A DNA stretch of 64,000 nt, counting the filler, from Basidioascus undulatus (lineage: Eukaryota): assembly GCA_000826855.1 (NCBI GenBank). It is 4 parts of 4 records of this genome, joined end to end, with 100 filler letters (N's around TTAATTAATTAA, not from the genome) between each part and the next. Parts side by side here need not be neighbours in the genome. Positions count along the whole stretch, not along the records: positions 1 to 16,405 come from JTLS01000586.1; 3 more parts are not named here. One strand, written 5' to 3'. The translations under genes and the position numbers were made by a program. Positions within the stretch are counted from its first letter, which is position 1. Every line of letters begins with the position of its first letter. Of the stretch, positions 1-13,991 are shown piece after piece. Below the pieces are notes generated by a model. It was given only the letters and a program-made list of their open reading frames with translations, was not told where the DNA came from and made no database searches.

Positions 1-213
1 GTACTGGAAAGTGGGCTCGATGGGTATTTGCGGGGGGGCGGCCCGGCCCGCCTGGCTATATTTGCTTACTGAACTGATTTTTAACTGAGGTGTTTCTAGA
101 TCGTTGTTGGGAGCGCTGATGTGGACATGCGGCGGGCATTGGTCTTTCACTCAATTCCATCCGCAAGTCGCTGTTTCTTACAGCTGTCTTTCAAGAGCTC
201 GCTCATAATAAAA

Positions 214-1449
214 ATGCGTCTCTTCCGCCGGACCAAGCTGTACCTGGACGGCACCACACTCGGTCCGAGTGCACCCTCCGACCGTCAAGGTTACCGCCAG
301 TCAGTCACCACGTTGCGTCCCCAGACCGCGAGCCGCTCCTTGAAATGCCTGCCCATTTGTTGGTTGCTCTCCGCCACCTTGCTCAAGTTTTGACTTTCAG
401 CTTTTCCAGACCACAACAACCACACTGCTGGTTTGCACTTCCATTATGTGAGGCATTGCCGTGCTGCACTGTTGAACAACGCTCGTCTCATGCAGTTACC
501 TTTATTTCCAGGGCCGACACCGACACGCCAAAGACCAACAACACCCGCAGCGAGCCTGCGGCCTACAAGACCACCCTTCAGGAGCACGTCGGGTGGTTCG
601 ATTTTGACAACGACGGCATCATCTACCCGATGGACTCCTACCACGGCCTCCGGCTCATCGGGTTCAACGTTGTGGTCTCCTTCTTGAGCGCTTGGATCAT
701 CCACCTCGGTCTCTCGTGAGCTCGATAGCTTTCCGAAGCGCTTTCTTGGGGCTAAACGCCTACTGGGGAGGTAGAATGCAGACCAGCGGGAAGTTCGACA
801 CCCGTTTTCGCATCCCGGTCAGCGGTATCGAAAGGTCGAGCTGTTCCGCTTTCCACCTTCGAGTCTGGCATATTGGGCCTTACGCTCGCCTGAACTTATT
901 TTGTACAGGGCTCTTCGCCACACCCAAAACGCCGAGGGCGCGTTCACCGAGGAAGGCCAGTTCAGCGAGGAGCGCTTCGAAAAGGTCCGCCCTGCCCTCC
1001 CTATCTTACAGTTTCCCGACCGTTAGCTGACTGGGAGCTGTTCGGGATCAGGTCTGGAAGTAAGCCATGCCTTTGGAAAGCTTCAGCTGCTTTCATTGTT
1101 CTGACACTCTGTCGCTCCTACACAGAGACATCACCGCCCCGCCGCACGAGACACTCACGTGGCCGGACATCACCGCCCTCTCGCGCCGCAACTTCCGCAA
1201 GACGACCTTCAAGGACTGGTTTGCTTCTACTCAGGGATGGGTCAGCCTCTACTACATAATCTCCCCCTCCGACGGGAAGATCTCGAAGGCGGACGTCCGC
1301 ACGATGTACGACGGTAAGTCTCCGCTCGACTCTGGACAGACGTACCCGAATGGGTACTGAACTGGGGGAGGGTCGGATAAGGCACGCTGTTCGAGACGAT
1401 CGCGACCAAAAGGAAGGCCAAGAAGGAGCAGAAGGCGAAGAAGGACTGA
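214..1449 (+). CDS. Caleosin/peroxygenase-like EF-hand protein (divergent, multi-exon)
   Basis: TTLQEHVGWFDFDNDGIIYPMDSYHGLRLIGFN...IIHLGLS matches the caleosin His/EF-hand/hydrophobic segment. Later exons give AFTEEGQFSEERFEK and DGKISKADVRTMYDG-TLFETIA. Stop TGA 1447-1449. Start codon uncertain. Confidence 0.8.
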
Positions 1450-1925
1450 GAGAGGGAGGCGTGGGGCAGCCTCGCGTGGGCAGGCGGCAACGGGTGACTG
1501 GGAAGCGAGCCTATAACTCAACGCTTTGTTGTGCTGAAAAATCTTCTTGTCATTATGCGTTCCGAGGGCGGCAACTATTGTGCGGCAGGAATGAAAGTGA
1601 ACGTATCTTGTGCACAACGGCCGTCAACGTCGTTGCTTTTTCTGAAACGAAATCGTTGCGCTGCGTTTTGTCCTACTTCCTGCCTTGCACCTGTCAAAGC
1701 GCAAAACTCTCTACCGCATGCTCTGTGTGAATCTGTGATTGGTATGCGTAATGTCGTGGCGTGGCAATTGCGGGAGGCGCCTAACCAGCAAGGCCGGCAA
1801 ACGTGACTCTACCGCTCTGACGCGCAACCGATACATTTCTAAGAACATGTTGTATGAATGCGATGCAAATGCGAAGCCCAATAACGCAAGATGATTAGAA
1901 CGAATGAAGATCAATAGTCCTGGTC

Positions 1926-4900
1926 CTACTCCTCCTTCCTCCGCTTCCCAGCCCTGCCGCCGAGATTGCGCGTCTTCATATCGCTGTTTACTCGCACGCG
2001 GTGAGTTGCCATACGTTACCACAAAAAAAAGAAAACGCACGCATGGGCCGCTGACTTCCGCTTCTTGGACGCCTTCTTCATGTCGTTGCGCTGAGCCTTG
2101 CGCTTCGCGGCCGCCTCCGGGTTCATGGCCGCCTGTGCGATTCCAAACTCGTTCAGTGAGATGGCAGGCCTCGGGATTGACATCGAGCACTGACCTGCTG
2201 GGCGCGAGCGGCCTTCCGCTCCCTGCGAACCTCGAGCGTGCGCTGACGGACGGCGTTGTACGCCTGAGAGAACGCAGTCGTGCCGATCTTCTCCTGGAGC
2301 AGGTCCTGAACCTCGTGCGCGAGCGTCTTGAGCTCCTCTGCAAATCAAGCTCAGTTAGCAAAGCAATCTCGCAGGATCCCGAGGGAGTTGCGCACCCAGC
2401 TGGGTGTCCTTCGGCGTGTCGTCGTCGAGCACGCGATAAAGCGGGGTGAGGATGTGGGTGAGGAAGGGGGTGATGGCGGGTGCGTCGAGATGGGTAATCA
2501 TAGCCGCGAACCAGCGGAAAACAGAAGACGGCTCCTGCGACCAGCGAGTCTGCAGATGGATGAATGAGCTTGGTGGGATGAGGACGGGCGCGGAACGATG
2601 AATGGGAACGTACCGTTACGGCGTGCAACGGCGGCCTGTGAGCGTGTGCGGAGCGCGCTTGATGCGACAGACGGCTGAAGATCCATGCCAGCGGGTTCTG
2701 CTCGGACTTGGCCGCGTCGTCGCCACCCTCTTCGTCCTCGCTGCCCTCCGCGTCCTCCAAGTCCTCGCCATCGACCACCGTCGCGGAAGATCCCGCCCGC
2801 AACGCGACGAGCGCGAAACACTTCCCGATGTAGAAGAGATTCTTGACAATCTGCAAGCCGAGGGCGTCATCGACGTTCTCGCTCCGGAGCTGCAGCGAGA
2901 GCTTGCGCGCGATGTCGAGGAGGAAGGGGAGGGAGAGGGGGTCGGAGGAAGGTAGGTCGGGCCGGGGCGCCGCAACCGGCACGGACGCGAAGAGCGTGCC
3001 CAGCAGACGGCAGGCCTGCATGCGCACCCACGCGTGCGGGAAGAGGAGGTGCGCCTTGACGTCGGCCCAAGACGTCGAGCGGACGTTGTTGGGGAAGAGC
3101 TTGAGGACCTTCGAGAGGGCGTTGAGGACGTGGTAGGAGAGTTGCCAGTTGAGCACGTCCTCGGCGTCCTCCGGCGCGAACATCGAGTTCTCCACAGACT
3201 CCTCCAGCGCGGCGAGGGCTTCGCTGCTGCGCGCCAGCACGGCGCCGAGGTCGGCGAAAAGCGTGCCCACGAACGGCGCGGCGTCCTTCTCCATGACGTC
3301 GACGACGAGCCCGGACACCTGCGCGGACAGGCGAGCCAGCTGCGGCTGCTCCTCCTGCTCGCTCCACGCGTGGAGCATGGCGAGCATGGCGTCGCGCTGC
3401 TCCTTGGCGAGGATAGAGAAGAGCGCTTTGACGAGCGACGCAGCGACCTCGCGGCACTTGGCGGAGTCGTCGTTGGCGAGGACCATGACAAGCGAGACGA
3501 AGAGGAGGTTGGAGTACTCGCGCACGAGCTCGACGCCGAACTTGTTGAGGATGGCCGAGAGGAGCTCCATGACGGACAGGCGCCCGCTCTCGTGGACGTA
3601 GGACAAGTTTTGCGCCAGGAACGACATCTGCTTCTTCAGCCGGCCCTTGCCCTGCGGGTAGTCGAGGAGGAACTGGAGGTAGACGACGCGGCAGAGCTCG
3701 CGGACGTGCGCCGATTGATTCGTGACCATGATCTCCGCGACGCGCTCAATGAGGTCGTAGACCTCCGGGACGATGAGCTTGCGCGAAACGATGGCGCGGA
3801 GGAGTGAGAAGAGCGTCGCCTGTCGGTCGTGGTCTTCGAGATCCGGCGCCATGAGCTCGAGCAGGTACGTGAGCTGCTGCTCCTTGATCTCGGCGCCGTC
3901 GGCGTCACGGATGAGTACGGCGAGCGCCTTCAGCGCCGTTTGAGCGGTCCTAAAAGCAGTAAGTCAGCATCCGCATGAGTCGCAGTAGCAGGCTCAACAA
4001 CTTACTCAGTGCCCGTGCCCGCAGCATCCTCGAGAATAGCGAAGATTTGCTTGACGTAGACCGGCAGCGACCGGGCGAGAGACTTGAGCGGCGCCTTGAC
4101 GAGCGCGGCCGTGGCCTTCAAGCCGAGCACGACGACCTGTGCCTCGCCTGCGTAGAGCGTGTTACCGACGACGGCCACCATCGGCTCGAGGCGCGCCATC
4201 ATCGCCGGGTCGCGGAAGTCGAACTTGGCTCGGCGGAAGGCGGTCACAAAGAGGTCTAGACCGAACGCTACGAAGCGGTGCGCGTTGACAGCGAAATGGT
4301 CCTCTTGCTTGGCGACCTCGCGCTTGAGCTGGACGAGCGCACCCGTCGAGACGTCCTTCTTCTTCGGGCCCTTGCGCGGGGCGGGCTTGAGGAACTGCGC
4401 ATTCTGGCTGACGAGCGTGTGACAGAGGTTGAGGATGTCGGCGGGTGTAAACGAGGTGTTGGCGTTGATGCCCATCGTCACGCGGCGTAGGACCTCGTCA
4501 ATCCCTGCCATCATCTTCGGCGACTCGGTCTGCTGCATGACGTCGCGCAGAGGGAGGAGGACGGACGCCATCTTGGACGGCGAGACGAGCCGGGCTACGA
4601 TCTGGAACGAGTCGAGCGACTTGGTCTTCGCGCTGCGGACCTCGCGCGTCTTCGAGCGGTATTCCTCGTTCGCGGCGTCCTTCGCAGACTCTCCGAAGAT
4701 CGTCTCCGTGGAGACGTGCACGACGTCGGCGACCACATCGTCGAGGTTGCCATACTTGGCAGCGTCCGACTCGATGAGGTGGACGAGGAGCGAGTGGACG
4801 GTGAAGGAGAGGACGTGGAGCTGAGGCCCACGCTGCAGCGCCGCGCGGAGCTCGCGCGTCATGATGGGGAGGAAGTCGGGCCCGAGGGTGACGGCAATCT

Positions 4901-7900
4901 TGCACAGCGTCTCGCGCGCGAGGTTGCGCGTGTCGCTGTCCTTGCTGCGGAGGATCTGTGAGAGCGCCGTGATGAGGCGAGTGACCTGGAGCTCGCGCTG
5001 GTCCTCGGGCAGGTTAAGTGCGACTCGCACGTATCCCGCCGCGATGGGGATGCGGATCGTGTCCTCGGTCTCATCCTTCTGCTCGAGATACGACATGAGC
5101 GTCGGGAGGAGCCGGTTGATAACGACATCGGCTATCTTGGCAGCCTGCGACGGTTGCGCAGCAGCGGCAGCAGCGGCAACGTTGACCTCGGGCTCCTCAG
5201 CCGCCTCGTCGTCGCCTTCTTCATCCGCTGCGAAAGAAACAACATCAGGATTCTAGTTCTCGTAAAATGTGAAGGCGAAATATTCTCACCAGCAGGTGCC
5301 TGCTCCAGTACGACCTCCTCCTCCATCGCGAAATGGAAGTGGTCGAGAACGGACATCGTGGCGCGTACGTACACCTTCTCCGAGGCCGTCTTCTCCTTCG
5401 CCAGCTTCAGATACTGCCGGACGAGGGCGTTGTACGCGCTCCACTTGAGTCGGCCGGCGACGTGCCCGAGGGCGGCGAGCGCGTCGTTGATGAGGTTGTG
5501 GTCGCACTGCTCGGTCGTGCCGGAGAGGAAGTGGCCGATGACGGGGACGAACACGCCCGCGAGCGTCTCGCTCGCGAGGTTGCCCTCGGCGCACTGATCG
5601 GCGAGCCGGCGGAGAGCGCGCGAACGACGGTGAACCTGGATGTGGTGGATGTTGTTGAAGAAGTTGGCCTCGACGTCGCCGCCCGCGAGGAGACACCGCA
5701 TGTCCACGAAGACGGGGAGGTCGACCTCCTCGACGGCAGCGGCGATAACGCTCAGCAGCTCGGTGCGGACGAGCTCGATGCGCGAGCGGAGGCCCTTGCG
5801 GACGCCCGGGTATAGCATGCGCATGAGCGTCGACGTGTACGCCTCGTCCTTGCGCGTCGCGACGAGGTGAACAAACCGGCGCATCGCCAGGGACGCGCTC
5901 GTGCGGATCGACAGCTCCTCCGGGTCCTGGACGAAGAAAAGCATGTTGTAGAGCAGAGGGATCCATTCGCGCAGCGTCAGGTCGTTCGCGAGCTCCTCGT
6001 TGAGCTTGGAGAACGCCGACAGGCGGCGGTCGAAGTCAGGCTCCGCGATGCGACGCGCCGAGAAGGCGTTCAGCTCCGCGACGAGGTCCGCGGCACGTGC
6101 GAGAGACGGGTCCGCAGCGCCAAACGCCTTGAACGCCCCCACGAGCTCGACGCGAGCCTGGTGGCTGCGGAGAGTAGCGAAGAGGGTGCTGAAGAGGTTG
6201 AGGTTGTGTTGGAAGAAGTCGGAGGCCGGGTCGGAGAAGGCGGGGACGAGGGGGAGGAGGTTGCGAAAGATGCGGAGGAGGTCCGACTTGACGCGCTCGG
6301 GGACGACCTTCGTCGGCTTGCGGACGAGGGGAGCGAGCAGGGAGAGCAAACGCGCCGATTGCTCGGGGTCCTCGACGAACGCGGCGATCTCGGACAGGAT
6401 CATGATCTGGCGCTTGACGAGGTCTTCCTTCGCGCTCGCGGCTTTCGCACCGCCGTTCGCCTCGACGAGGTTGGCGACGTTGACGAGCAGCGGCTGGACG
6501 TACGGCCGGACAACCTTGTCGCGGACCTCGCTCGTCTCGCCTTCGAGCGTCGCAGCCGCGAGGATGTGCTCGACGATGTCGAAGACGCGCGAGATGACCG
6601 AGGGCTTGACCGCCGGCGCGGTGAGGATGTCATACACCTTGGCGAGGAGGCGCTCGTTGTAGTCGACGAGGAACCGGACCGTCTCGGGCTTTTCGGACCA
6701 CAGCGCAAAGAGCTCGAGGAGACTCGACGGCGCCTGCGTGTTCTCGCGGTCGAGGAGCGGCAGGCGGGGGGAGATGAACGACTCGAACGCCGCGGGGAGG
6801 TAGCGCGTGAAGTCGTACGTGACCGGCTGGCGGAAGAAGTCGCCGAAGCGCTTGAGACCGAGGAGGCGGACGGAGTGGTACGGGACGTGCTTCTGCGTGG
6901 GCTCCGCCTCCGCGGCGGCGGCCGCCTCGTCCTCGTCCTGCTGCTCCTCGCGTGCCTTGGCGATGTGGCGCTGCGCGTCGTGGACGAGCTGGAGCGTGAT
7001 GCCGAGCAGGACGGGCCAGTGCGGGACAATGAGCTTGCCGAGGTGCCTGAGCACGTCGCCGAGGAGGGAGAAGAACCCGAGCTGCTTCTTCCCGGCCGGT
7101 GGGTCCTCGAGATCGCGCAGTGCGAACGACTTCGCCTGCGCCTGCGCATTGATGATGTCCTCGAACGGCGCGGTCATGAGCTGGACGAGCGTCTCCAGCT
7201 CTTCGGAGAGACACCCGCTGAGCGCGGCGAGGATGGCGTTCTTGCGCGCTTGCGGGCCGGAGCCGCTTGCGCTGTTGCGGCCCTTGCGGGAGATCATGAG
7301 GCCGTACAGGATGCGGATGACGATGGGGAGGACGGCCGCGCGGTGGTCGGGCTGGATGACCTCGCTCTCGATGCCGAGCGTGATCGTCGTGAGCTCGTCG
7401 CGGAACATGGCGTCGTCGAGGAGCGCGCGGAGGTTGTCCGCGTAGGGCGCGAGCGCGGGGTCCTTCCACGTCAGGAGGCACTCGAGCGCGAGCTTCTGCA
7501 CGCCGGAGTCGCCCTTTGCGAGGAGCTCAAGCCACAGCGCGTGTAGCTCGTCAGACCGGAAGAGCGCCTTCGGGTTGACGAACTTGATGAAAAGCGTGAG
7601 CCAGGAGGACAGCCGCGCGCGGATCATGCGCTGCGATTGCCGCTCCTCGCCTTCGTCCGCGAGCTCATCGAGGCTCGGGCGCGCGAAGTGCAGGAAGAGC
7701 GGGACGAGAACACGCGAGTTCTTCTCCGCGACGGAGGGCACCTCGCACAGCGCCGAGAGCAGTTGCGCCTCGTAGTTGACGACGTCGAGGCGGTCCGTAG
7801 ACAGCTGAGCCTAATGTGCCTCCTAAATCAGTGTCGGTCTCCTTTTCCTACATGTTGCAGCAGTTCTCACCTTCACAGCCTCCCTCAAGTTACCCGCCTC

Positions 7901-10790
7901 GCCCTCGAACGCCCTACCAAGCACGGCATCCCACTTCTCCAAGTTCGTGCACCTGAACGTCGGGTCGTCGGTGTCGTATTCGCTACCCCTCGGGCGCGAA
8001 CCCTCCGCAAGCCTTCCCTCTGCCAGCGCCGCCCATGACGGCTTCGGCGGGGCCGCCTCGCCGCGCGTGGCCTTCTCCAGTTCGGCGAAGACCGCAGCCC
8101 ATGTCGGGTCCTGGTGCGACTCGAACAGGCCCGAGAGCGACGTGATCGCCTCGGCCCAAAGCGGGCGGAAGTTGACCTTGAGCTGGGCTGGCAAAGGGCA
8201 CCCAACGTCAACATTGATGTTCCGCAGGTGGGATATGCAGACAGTGCGCAAAACTCACCGATGAGGAAGCCCGTCCCGGACTCGCGCTCGCTCTCCGCGA
8301 CGTCCGCGAGGTTGAGCGCCTGACCGACGCGGCGAAGGCGCATGCTGCGGTCGCGCGACGACTGGACGGTCAACGGCGTCTGCTCTACGTCGAGACATTT
8401 GGCGTAGAGGTCGGACGCGCTGCTGGCGGCGAGGAGGGAGAGCGAGGCGAGGCGGAGGGCGGACGAGTGGGAGAGGAGGTTGCGGCGGAGGACTGCGAGC
8501 GCGTCCGGGGAGACGGCGGATCTGCAGGAGGAGAGGATGAGCAGAGATGCGGGGGCTGTGGATGGCGGTGGACGCACTTTGAACCCTCGAACAGAGCAGT
8601 GATGGCTTGCAGCACTGGTGGGTACGCGCCCCACCGCTGGACGATCTCGTCTGCCCGGCTGCGGACCTCCTCGGCCCGCCCGAAGCGGTCGAGGAGTGTG
8701 ATCGTGGTCGAGAGGAGGAACACCTCGTTCGCGGGGGTGGCGAAGAAATCGTCGCGCGGGGTAGAGGTGAGGAGGTGCGCGAAGAGGGCGGACAGCTCGG
8801 CGGGGAGGTGGGGAGGCGGAGTAGGAAGAGCAGAGAGAAGAGGGGGGAGGCGCGAGAGGAAGAAGACCTGCATATGGGTATCAGGTTAGAACTACCCGGG
8901 TTTAAGACCGTATTCGACAACTTACATCGGCCTCATCGCGCTCCTCCTTCTCAACCAGCCGCCGAACCGAGCTCTGCGCGTCCTCGTCTACGGCGGTAGA
9001 AATCGCACCGAGCCAGCTCTTGACCCGCTCTACCCCAGCGCTCCGCGGCGCAGGGAACTGCCCACGCGCCGCGAGAGACGAGAGAAGCGAGAAGAGGGGG
9101 CGGTGGAGGGCGGGGTTTTGGTGGTAGGTCGTGCTGTGGATGGTAGACATTAGTTAACAGGGATGGCATGGACAGCATGTCTTGCGAACGGACGCACCGT
9201 GAAAGAGGAGGAAGCATGAACTGCTCGATGCCGGACCACCGGAGCTCAGAGAGCGCAGAGCAGAACGCCAAGACTTCCTCGGGTCTCTGTGGATCGTAAA
9301 GGCATTAACAGCTGACCTCAAGGGAATCTCAGCAGCAATCCAACGAACCCCTGAAGCGAAGACGGCCTCCAGAATCTGCACGCCTGGGCTGAGCCAGTCC
9401 TCGAGCTTGCCGACGACGAGGCCGGTGGCGAGGAGGCGGAGGAGCTCGGGTGAAGCGGGGGAGGCGAACGCGGCGGGGAGGAAGAGGAGGGCATGGATGT
9501 GCTGCAGGATCTGCTGGCGTATTTTGTCTGCAAAGCCCTCTCAAATTCAGCGCTGCTCCGGGCCGAAGCACGTCCCAGAACCACGCACCTTGTACTCGCA
9601 CACCCTTCCGCACGCCCAAGCAGATCTGCGCCACCCGCAACGTCACGCCCAGCCGCTCGACGTCCTGCTCCTTCTCGCCGGTCTTCCACCGCTCGGCCTC
9701 GGCGCCCAGTGCACCGGCGACGACCTCCGCTGCGGGCGCGAAGAGCTCGGATTTCCGGACGTGGTGCAGGACCGCGATGAGCGTGCGGGTGAGGATGGTA
9801 GACCGCGCGGAGGAGGTGGGGGAGGCGAAGGCGAAGGTGAGGAGGTGGGAGAGGGTCGCTGCGGCGCGGGAGTGAAGGGTTTGGTTGACGGACTAGGAGA
9901 GGGTGTGTTAAGGGTGCTAGATAGAAAGGGATGTGATACGGAAGACGAACCTTCATGCATTCTGCCAGCACAGTCGCCACGCCCGGGCACAAGCGCTCGT
10001 CCTCCTCCGCGCCCTCGAGCATGCGCCCAATCATGCGCTCCGCCACCTCGCCCCTGCACCTCCGCACCAATCCCGCCCAGCCCTCAGCGACCCATCGTGC
10101 TGCATCGCCGCCGTCAGCAAGGAACGGGCGGACGACCTCCCACGTGTCGAGCGCGGACTGGCCGTCACCCTTGGCGAGCTCGCGGGAGAGGAGGCCAAGG
10201 AGGGCGGCCGTCGTGGAGTAGGCTTTTTCGAGGAGGGCAGGGACTTGTTTGGCAGTTGAGGAGGTGGGAAGGCGGAGGAGGACGGGGAGGAGGGTGGGGA
10301 GGAAGGGGTGCAGAAGGGCTGAGAGGGTGCGAGCGAGAGGGGGGACGAGGCTGGAAGGAACAGGGGAAGGTGAGCCTCGGGCGAACAGACCAGGGGAAGG
10401 GAAGACTCACTCGAGGATGCCCAACCAGCCACGCCACGATTCGTCTCCCTCACCCTTCTCCAGACCCCGCACGACAGCGTCTACAATCTCCTTCCTCCAA
10501 TGGACAACCATCTCGAGGCTCTCGCTCTTGCCGCGCATGGCGCGCTCGAACGCCTGGAACCCGAGCGCAAGGTTCTGCTCGCGGAGGTCCTGGAGGCGGG
10601 TGTGGAACGGGTTGGGGTCGTCGTCGTCTGCATAGTCAGGCTTGGTCGCCGCGGCGAGGGCGGGCTTGATCTGGATCGCGGCGGTCTGGGCGGAGAGGGA
10701 CTGGTAGCGGTGCCGCTTGTTGGACGGCGCGGTCGTCGGCGGCTGCTTGCGCTTCAGCGGGCGCCGCGAGCTCGAGGCGGAGGACGACAT
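1926..10790 (-). CDS. UTP20: U3 snoRNP/SSU processome HEAT-repeat protein Utp20
   Basis: Very long multi-exon HEAT-like gene. Motifs QLKVNFRPLW, EPDFDRRLSAF, FFNNIHHIQVHRRSRALRRL, LQRGPQLHVLSFTVHSLL, QFLLDYPQGKGRL, LSYVHESGRLSV, HLLFPHAWVR; Lys/Arg-rich C-terminus ending GKRRKEE*. Confidence 0.93.
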
Positions 10791-11001
10791 GGCCGATGGA
10801 AAATATGGAGAATAGAATGAGGCCGAGAGGGAGAATGAGGGCGTCGGCGGCGTGCCCGATGGCGAGAAGGCAAGGCGCAGCGGCCTCCGGGCAAATTGTG
10901 AGGCAGGCGCGTGGGAATTGGATTGGCTTGACAGGTGACAGTGCCGACATCTACTTACAACGACCAAGTTATCCAGGGGAAAGTGCTGGTGCAAATATCT
11001 C

Positions 11002-11130
11002 CATGTGCTCGTCAAGGGCGAACAACAGGTACAGTCACTCCCTTCGCATTGACGAAAGCGATCCCCCTGCCGGCCAATACACATGCCATGCGGAAGACCC
11101 ACTGCAGCGCAGCCGCCACGTTCGGGTACC
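11002..11130 (+). repeat. Diverged direct repeat, copy 1 (copy 2 at ~15794-15921)
   Basis: Shared blocks caacagg-acagtcactccct-cgcat, aaagcgatcccc, gccggcca, cccactgcagcgca-ccgccacgt. Confidence 0.85.
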
Positions 11131-11720
11131 AAGGCGACACTGCACTCGCATGCGAGATCGACGTTGAGGCGCCGGAGTAAGGTGGAACAAGACAGAATCG
11201 AAGGAAGGATCATGGTGAAGCTGTGGTACTCGTTAAATAGAGCCCGGTTGCTCTGAGGACCTTGAGGCGACGAAGACCCGAGATTGAGCTAATCAAGCTC
11301 GCGAACTCCCCCTCGCTGCGGAGGGAAAGTCTCGCCAAAGCCGACCAGCAGCTCATGTACGCCCAAGACCCGTGAATGGTCAATCATCATCGACGAGACA
11401 AGAGAGGAGGGACTGACAGAACTGGCTGATGTAAGATGCTGTCCGCAAGTGCACCGTGCGGAACAGCAGAGGTGACCGCGATGTCCTGCTCGGTGACAGG
11501 ACGTTAGCAGGTATGGTACGACACAGCAATGACTGAGCCACTTGCCTTCCACGCCTTGCAGGCCAGCACCAGAGTGAAGAGCCACGCTGACGCAACCCTC
11601 TAGAGGAGGGTAAACAAAGTACTACGGCGAGTTCGAAGATGCGAGAGAGAATCTCGGGCGGTACACGCGCCTGGGCGATCGAGAGGGACACGATTTTCTG
11701 GATGGTGGGCTTGAAAGTTC
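11012..11720 (-). pseudogene. Degenerate F-box-like (F-box + LRR-type) gene
   Basis: VPPEILSRIFELAV followed by a frameshifted LACKAW/RQVAQSLLCRTI helix. C-terminus ALQWVFRMACVLAGRGIAFVNAKGVTVPVVRP*. Unusually short and contains frameshifts. Confidence 0.55.
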
Positions 11721-12124
11721 GCAGATGCGAAGTCAGGCCAAACGTATGATGTTCGAAGGAGGTGGAGAGAATCGGGTCGTGGCAAGCGTCAAAGGGTGCT
11801 GGGCGGTCAGGCGCCGCGTTTCCAGGCCACCGTCAGGATGAGCACGCGCCGCGTTCCACGAGTGCCACAAAGGAAGGTACTCACGGCTTTCACTGCAGAA
11901 CTGAAAATGTGCGGTGAATTAACAGCGTGTGTGTGCATATTACCGGAGGATGTCTGGCATTTAATGTCACTTGCCTTCGCGTCGATACCTGCCTTTCAGT
12001 CTTGAAAGCGTTTGCAGCAGTAAGGGCAGCCTCATTCTCAAGCCTGCATATATGCCAAGAAAGCAGCATCCCATAAAAATGCTCGAATATCTTCGAAAAC
12101 CACATCATTCAAACTCCTATCCCC

Positions 12125-13017
12125 TCAGAGCTTTTCAACAGACGCTTCCTCTTCAGGAGCCTGGTCCGCAACCTCCACCAGCAAGACTTGCCCCCCCTGC
12201 TGCCATCCCCAAGCTTGTAGAGACCCCGCAGCGGAGCAAAGTGAAAGGGGAAAGGAAGGCCCCTTCAGTTGGAAAGCATAATTTGGGAAGGATGGGAGGT
12301 CGCGCAACCTCGGGATGTGGTGCAGACGGGGGAGGCGGTTGAAGACGTTGGAGAGAGCGAGGGCGGCGTAGAGGGCAGTGATCAGGTCTAGCGCAAGGTT
12401 CGGGAGGAGGTGCTGAAGGGGAGTATTACGATAAGTTTTTTCACTCGCCGAGGTGGAATGGGAAAAGAGACGAATATAGGGAACACACGCGTACAAGGAA
12501 GAACTTGACGGAGTCGAAGCAGGAGTGGATGAACTTGGAGATCAGGCATGTCTAGAAGAGGAGGGAGGACAAGCAGTAAGTTTTGGTAAGATTGTATTCC
12601 CCAGTGTAAGCACACAACGCACCGTCATTTCCTTGGAGGTCGTGTACGACATGCACACAATGAGCTTCTTGCCATCGAGATACCTGAACTCGCGAATCTT
12701 CTGCCGCAGTCCGTCGCTCAATCCCAGCCTCCGCTCGAACCCAACCCCAATTTCAAACACACACCCACCTTCTCCCACTTCACAACAACCCCCGTCTGGC
12801 TGAGGTACAGCCATACCAACAGCCCCACGCCGAGGAGGTACGTGGCCGTGAGCGTCGCTAAGCCTCCGAGGAGGTCGCGGCCCGTGACGCGGCGATGAGG
12901 ACCGGAAGCTGCCACGGCGATTGAAGGGGGAAGTGGGATGGTGGGGTGATGCTGGACGGAAGGTGCGGTGGAAGACGGCCACTGCGCGAGTAGGTTGGGG
13001 GGGCGCGGTTGGGCATG
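12125..13017 (-). CDS. Hypothetical protein with one predicted TM segment (frameshifted or degenerate)
   Basis: MPNRAPP... needs one extra C in a C7 run to join LLAQWPSS...LLGGLATLTATYLLGVGLLVWLYL. Further exon-like segments continue to stop 12125. No family recognised. Confidence 0.35.
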
Positions 13018-13991
13018 TTGCGTCTTCGACGTTGCGCTGGACTGGAAAGTACAGGTGGTGCGGAGTCGATAGGGAGGGATGTGAGCCAAAACAAGCCTGA
13101 GGGCGTCGCCAGGGAGGGACAGGGCACGACGGCAAGGGTCAAAGAGATCGAAACCGACCTTAGTTTGCGGACTGTGTATGTGCCGACTGAGTGCGGACGA
13201 ACGGCTCTGCGACGTCGCCATTTCAAAGGGCAGTATTAAGTCGCCTGGAGAAACGTCACCTTCTCTGTTATGTAAAGCCCATTCTCCAGGGCTGTTCAAA
13301 ACAGGGCGAACCGATTGTTGGAAGGCACAGGGAGGTCGACCGACGGCAGTTGTGGCGTGTTGTGCGGTACCTACGAAGGCGCGTGAAATGCTTGAACAAA
13401 ATTTTCTCCCATGGTAAAGAAGGCTATCATCCTGTAACCGCTGAAAGTGGGCGACCAGCGCTTACAGCTCATGGACCAGTCCGGTCACAAAGCGTACGCT
13501 CCATGGCCCAGCTGTAAGTGCCGCATCAACAACATCCATTGTTTAGAGGTCAGTATTGAGAAAAATATAAACTCAGGCCCTGTGGGGGTAAAAACAAAGT
13601 ACACATGTACACATGCCTTAGGAAATCTTTCAGAAGACTCTGACGAAACGCCATATATGGTGAACGAGTGACGAAGACTTGATGGGAACCATTTAATGCA
13701 GACGTAGATAGTCTCCGACAGGCGTGGCTCGCCAGCCATCAAATTTGCACGCGTGGTTGTCGAGCGACTCGAACACTCGGATAGCCTGCCCAGTCAGTGA
13801 TATCTAAGCGTCATCCTTTTCAGGCTTGCAGACACCCGCCAAATGCAGCGACAAGGGTACGTACTCAGATGCTGCCCCAAAGCTGTGCCGGCGCAAGAAC
13901 CCCTCTTTAACCTCAACAGGCAGCAAAGCCGCAACGTGCCATTCGATTCACACTTCGTTCCTTTTCTTTCTTTACTGATCGAATCGCCATC

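Noticed and set aside
5867..7546. 559-aa plus-strand ORF
   Set aside because: Antisense shadow of the GC3-rich UTP20 exon, with the low-complexity composition typical of such shadows.
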